A stretch of 57,803 nt of DNA from IMG/VR virus record IMGVR_UViG_3300009154_000067, positions 1 to 57,803 of that record. The stretch is one strand, 5' to 3'. The notes beneath the pieces were generated by a model. That model was not told the origin of the DNA and made no database searches. It saw only the letters and a list, made by a program, of their open reading frames with translations. Both the position numbers and the translations under genes were made by a program. This stretch comes from a virus. Taxonomy: Duplodnaviria > Caudoviricetes. Of this stretch, positions 54,001 through 57,803 are shown piece by piece; positions within the stretch are counted from its first letter, which is position 1; every line of letters starts with the position of its first letter.

Positions 54001-54795
54001 ATGAAAATTTTGTTACTAGACATTGAAACTGCTCCACATGTAGTGTATGCATGGGGATTGTTCAAACAGACGATAAGCATCAATCAAATCGCCCAGCCAG
54101 GACATACAATTTGCTACGCAGCAAAATGGCTAGGCGAAGATGATATCACCTTTAAATCTATCCATCACGATGGTCATGATGATATGATTACAACTCTATG
54201 GAATCTTCTTGATGAGGCTGATGCCGTCATTCATTATAATGGCAAGAAGTTTGATATTCCAACAATCAACAAAGAATTTGTTCTTCTTGATATGCCGCCA
54301 CCAGATGGGTATCATCAGATTGATCTTTACACAGTGGTTCGTTCCAGATTCAAGTTCGCCAGCAACAAGCTAGACTATGTTGCTAATGCACTTGGACTAG
54401 GAACCAAGGTAAAGAATCGGGGAATGGATTTGTGGCGTGAGTGTATGGCCGGTGATCCGGTGGCCTGGAAGGAAATGAGAGCATATAATATCCAAGACGT
54501 TGCTATTATGGAACCACTCTATAAAAAGTTGCTTCCCTGGATTAAGAACCATCCAAATCAAGCAATCTTTGCTGCATTGGAGTTGTATGATTCAACCGAA
54601 ATTACGGAAAATGATGACAAGCCTATGTGCCCAAATTGTGGCAGCTATCACGTTGTCAAAAAGGGTATTGAGACGACAGCAACAATGGCATACCAGCGTT
54701 ATCGCTGTATGAGTTGCAAAACGCCAATACGCGGGAGAAAGACTCTTCTGTGTTCAGAGGACAAGAAGTTTATCATAACACAGAGCAAGACATGA
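54001..54795 (+). CDS. RNase H-like 3'-5' exonuclease with C-terminal zinc ribbon
   Basis: LDIET, HYNG.KFDIP, YN.QDV and CPNC...C..C motifs. Confidence 0.85.
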   Translation: MKILLLDIETAPHVVYAWGLFKQTISINQIAQPGHTICYAAKWLGEDDITFKSIHHDGHDDMITTLWNLLDEADAVIHYNGKKFDIPTINKEFVLLDMPPPDGYHQIDLYTVVRSRFKFASNKLDYVANALGLGTKVKNRGMDLWRECMAGDPVAWKEMRAYNIQDVAIMEPLYKKLLPWIKNHPNQAIFAALELYDSTEITENDDKPMCPNCGSYHVVKKGIETTATMAYQRYRCMSCKTPIRGRKTLLCSEDKKFIITQSKT

Positions 54796-54796
54796 C

Positions 54797-54822
54797 AAAG
54801 GGGGCGAAAGCCCCCTTTTTTT
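54797..54822 (+). terminator. Rho-independent terminator (same stem as 10952)
   Basis: GGGGGC-GAAA-GCCCCC followed by T7. Confidence 0.9.
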
Positions 54823-54975
54823 ATATCAAGACGCACCATAACAGGCAAGAAAAAAATAGCCTCCTAACATTAAAACTTTTTAATAAAAGGGAGCTTGCGT
54901 TTAAAGGCGTCTTAGTGCATATTACGTCTATCGGCGGTGATGACCGCAACTCAAGAATGTTTTGGAGAAAATAAT

Positions 54976-55881
54976 ATGCCTCGTGGTGTTCCTTCTGCTG
55001 GTTTTCGTATGACGAAGAACCGTAAGATGATGACGTTTAATACGGATGCCTATGTCCGTACCAATCTCTTTAAGGTCAATACTCCTGCCGTGATCGAAGA
55101 TCATAAGATTGAGACTGACGAAGAGATTTATTCTCGTATTGCAGAACGGTTTGAAGTTCTGGAATACATGACTGATGCCGCCATTACGGGCGATGCTCGT
55201 GCGGTCATCGTGTCTGGTCCTGCTGGTCTTGGCAAGTCTCATACGGTCGAAAGCAAGCTTGCTGCATGGGGCAATGAAGACGTTAATTATCGCATCGTGA
55301 AGGGCTATGTGCGCGCCACTGGTCTATTCAAGCTGCTCTATCAGAACCGCATGAAGGGTCAGGTTCTGGTGTTTGACGACACTGACTACATCTTTAAGGA
55401 TGAAACTGCTCTTGGTCTTCTTAAGGCTGTCTGTGATAGTGGTAAGCGCCGCATCGTCAGCTACATGACTGAGGGTGTTATGATTGATGATGAGACTGCT
55501 GAACGTATTCCCAAGCAGTTTGAATTTAACGGCACCATCATCTTCATCTCCAATAAGGATTTTGATGAAATGATTGCGCGTGGTCATGCTATGTCTCCAC
55601 ACTTGGAAGCCATGGTTTCCCGTGCTCATTATATCGATCTTGCTATGAAGACTGCTCGTGATTATATGATCCGCATCAAGCAAGTCTGCGATGCGGGTCT
55701 TCTTGATGATTGTGGTCTTGACAGCGAGGGTAAGGCTGATGTAATGTTGTTCTTGGAGACGTACCAAGACCGCCTTCGTGAGATTTCTCTTCGTATGGCC
55801 AAGAAGATTGCTGATATTCGCCGCGTCAATCCCGTTAACTGGGAACGTGTGGCTCGTATCACTTGCTGCGTCAATCAGTAA
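54976..55881 (+). CDS. AAA+ ATPase
   Basis: Walker A GPAGLGKS, Walker B VLVFDD, sensor FISN, SR arginine finger. Confidence 0.85.
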   Translation: MPRGVPSAGFRMTKNRKMMTFNTDAYVRTNLFKVNTPAVIEDHKIETDEEIYSRIAERFEVLEYMTDAAITGDARAVIVSGPAGLGKSHTVESKLAAWGNEDVNYRIVKGYVRATGLFKLLYQNRMKGQVLVFDDTDYIFKDETALGLLKAVCDSGKRRIVSYMTEGVMIDDETAERIPKQFEFNGTIIFISNKDFDEMIARGHAMSPHLEAMVSRAHYIDLAMKTARDYMIRIKQVCDAGLLDDCGLDSEGKADVMLFLETYQDRLREISLRMAKKIADIRRVNPVNWERVARITCCVNQ

Positions 55882-55897
55882 TAAAAGGAAACATATC

Positions 55898-56104
55898 ATG
55901 TTTGATTATGAGGAAGCGAATAACAGGGTTGCTCAAGCTTTCGCTGGCGCACGTAAGGTGTACAATGAGAGCCAAGATATTTACTGTATCCATAGTTTTA
56001 TTGGCCATCTTGAGGCTATGGTAATGTGTGGCATCAAGGACGAAGGGGATGTAAAGCGGATTGTCGCATCTTTGGGTCGGTTTGTTGCCTGGAATGCAAA
56101 ATAA
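55898..56104 (+). CDS. Hypothetical protein
   Basis: AAAGGA RBS. Confidence 0.65.
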   Translation: MFDYEEANNRVAQAFAGARKVYNESQDIYCIHSFIGHLEAMVMCGIKDEGDVKRIVASLGRFVAWNAK

Positions 56105-56124
56105 AAAAAAATCAAAAAAACCTG

Positions 56125-56153
56125 TTGACTTCCTATCTGATTAAAGCTATTAT
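56125..56153 (+). promoter_or_regulatory. Early sigma70-type promoter
   Basis: A-rich UP element, then TTGACT-17 nt-TATTAT. Confidence 0.7.
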
Positions 56154-56195
56154 CTGTTCATCGAAGCAAACCAACCCCTAAAAGGATACTTTAAA

Positions 56196-57140
56196 ATGTC
56201 TCATGAAATTGAAATGGTTAACGGTGTGGCTCAGATGGCTTATGCCGGCGAAACTCCCTGGCACGGTCTGGGCACCAAGGTTCTTCCTGATCTTACTCCT
56301 GATCAGATGCTGGACGCCGCCGGTCTTAATTGGGAAGTGCGTAAGGTTCCTGCCTTTGCCACTATCAATGACCGACAGGTGAATGTTGGTCACTCGGCTC
56401 TTGTCCGCAATATCGACGACAAGGTTCTTGATGTGGTTTCCAATGATTGGAATCCGGTTCAGAACAGCGAAGCTTTTGCTTTCTTCAATGACTTCATTGC
56501 GGAAGGTGACATGGAAATGCACACTGCTGGCTCTCTGAAGGATGGTCAAATTGTGTGGGGTCTTGCCAAGGTTAAGGCTGGCTTCTCTCTCTTCAACGGT
56601 GATGAAGTGGAAAGCTATCTTCACTTCACTAACTTCCACAAGTATGGTTTCTCTACGGACGTTCGTTTCACTCCCATTCGCGTGGTGTGCAATAACACTC
56701 TAACTCTTTCTCTCAATACCAAGGTTGAGAAGATGGTGAAGATTTCTCACCGCCGAGAGTTTGATGGTGACAACGTTAAGCTAATGCTTGGTGTTGCTGC
56801 CGAAAAGCTGGCTCAGTACAAGGAAATGGCTCAGTTTCTGGGGTCCAAGCGTTACAGCAATGAGAACGTGGTGGAATACTTCAAGCGGGTGTTTCCTTCT
56901 GCTGGACAAAAGGAAGTTTCTCGTTCTACCAATACGGCTATGGAGATTCTGGAAACTCAACCCGGCGCTCAGTTTGCTGAAGGTACGTGGTGGACATGCT
57001 TTAATGCAGTAACGTACATGACTGATCATCTACTGGGCCGCACTCAGGATACTCGGTTGACTTCTGCTTGGTATGGCGCCAACAAGAACGTCAAGACGAA
57101 GGCTCTGGAAACCGCTTTGGAATTCGCTGAAGCGGCTTGA
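56196..57140 (+). CDS. DUF932/DUF945 family protein
   Basis: PWHGLG, AGL.W.V, QN.EAF.FF, TPIRVVCNNTL and GT.W...NAVT...DH motifs. Confidence 0.88.
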   Translation: MSHEIEMVNGVAQMAYAGETPWHGLGTKVLPDLTPDQMLDAAGLNWEVRKVPAFATINDRQVNVGHSALVRNIDDKVLDVVSNDWNPVQNSEAFAFFNDFIAEGDMEMHTAGSLKDGQIVWGLAKVKAGFSLFNGDEVESYLHFTNFHKYGFSTDVRFTPIRVVCNNTLTLSLNTKVEKMVKISHRREFDGDNVKLMLGVAAEKLAQYKEMAQFLGSKRYSNENVVEYFKRVFPSAGQKEVSRSTNTAMEILETQPGAQFAEGTWWTCFNAVTYMTDHLLGRTQDTRLTSAWYGANKNVKTKALETALEFAEAA

Positions 57141-57207
57141 TGAAAAAATTTAATATGCCTGCTCTTCGGAAAATAGATTTCGAACGCATGAAAAAGGAAT
57201 TTGGTGA

Positions 57208-57435
57208 GTGACTAATATTTTGGTAGAATTTGCGTTTCATAGAGAAGATAGTGACAAATATTTTCATTCATTCAATTTTAATGAAGATGTTGAAAATTTG
57301 GATACGCTTTTGGAGAAACTTGAGCCATTCCTCTTAGCAATGGGATTTGTGTTGGGGGATCGTCGCCTGGAACTTGTTAAGCCTAATTATGGTAACGATA
57401 ATATTCCTTCCGCAAACTCTCCTGATGAGGTATAA
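57208..57435 (+). CDS. Hypothetical protein
   Basis: FLLAMGF motif; GTG start. Confidence 0.6.
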   Translation: MTNILVEFAFHREDSDKYFHSFNFNEDVENLDTLLEKLEPFLLAMGFVLGDRRLELVKPNYGNDNIPSANSPDEV

Positions 57436-57442
57436 TATAAAC

Positions 57443-57649
57443 ATGAACCCAAATAATTTTCATGGGCCAGAAAATGCTCCTATCGGATATTTTCGTAATG
57501 TGATGACCCCATGGGGTTGCGTTGAACGCTGTAGTGTAGTAAAGATGCCGAGTCTTCTGGGTGGTTTTGTAGAATATGCCAGCGTTTATAAGCCAACATC
57601 AAATCCTGGCGTTCGTTGGTCTGTATTTGAGATTAAAGGGACAGACTAA
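57443..57649 (+). CDS. Hypothetical protein
   Basis: ATG downstream of GAGG. Confidence 0.55.
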   Translation: MNPNNFHGPENAPIGYFRNVMTPWGCVERCSVVKMPSLLGGFVEYASVYKPTSNPGVRWSVFEIKGTD

Positions 57650-57803
57650 AAAAATTCTTGCTTTCTTTTTGTTCATAGGATATAATGCTTTTATAGATTG
57701 ATGAGGGATTCGTGATGAAAAAGCTAACTCTTGATGCTCCGGTAAAGTTTCTTCGTGACAATCTGGCTGCTCCAATAGGAGCAGGTAGCTGGATTGTTGG
57801 TGA

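Noticed and set aside
55324-56639. Long antisense ORFs opposite the AAA ATPase and DUF932 genes
   Set aside because: These are codon-bias shadows of recognisable + strand genes.

Overview
This window is a segment of a large, AT-rich, lytic T4-superfamily myophage genome. The host is probably an alphaproteobacterium, judging by a circularly permuted tmRNA with an ANDN...ALAA tag and a DUF1127 gene. The left ~17 kb is an accessory region: about 20 tRNA genes, the tmRNA, several tRNA-like RNAs, early sigma70-type promoter cassettes, spanin-like genes and a GC-rich foreign insert. The rest holds T4-like core genes (DNA polymerase, UvsX, helicase, primase, ThyX, NrdA/NrdB, RNase H, PhoH, dCMP deaminase), Hsp20, a GH19 endolysin, Dps, two SpeD-like decarboxylases and a heptose/sugar-nucleotide cluster. 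Four signals stand out. (1) Two tRNA genes, best read as Lys-UUU and Asn-GUU, have anticodon loops interrupted at the same register by 44-49 nt inserts that themselves fold as tRNA minihelices (acceptor-like stem plus T-arm). This suggests an unusual tRNA splicing or decoy system, and other multi-T-loop or oversized tRNA-like RNAs lie nearby. (2) A dispersed family of late genes carries TATAAATA promoters, often an RBS-sequestering hairpin, T4 internal-protein-like N-termini and repeated xxE protease-like sites. Their cargoes include a kinase-like protein, a methyltransferase, an orphan HicA domain and two ADP-ribosyltransferases, so they look like virion-packaged effector polyproteins. (3) Three essential genes are fractured: nrdA and uvsX by split inteins with an intact or decayed endonuclease between the halves, and DNA polymerase without an intein, plus a +1 frameshift in motif B. 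(4) A 187-bp tandem duplication carries two different alleles. All family calls come from reading motifs by eye; no database search was run.
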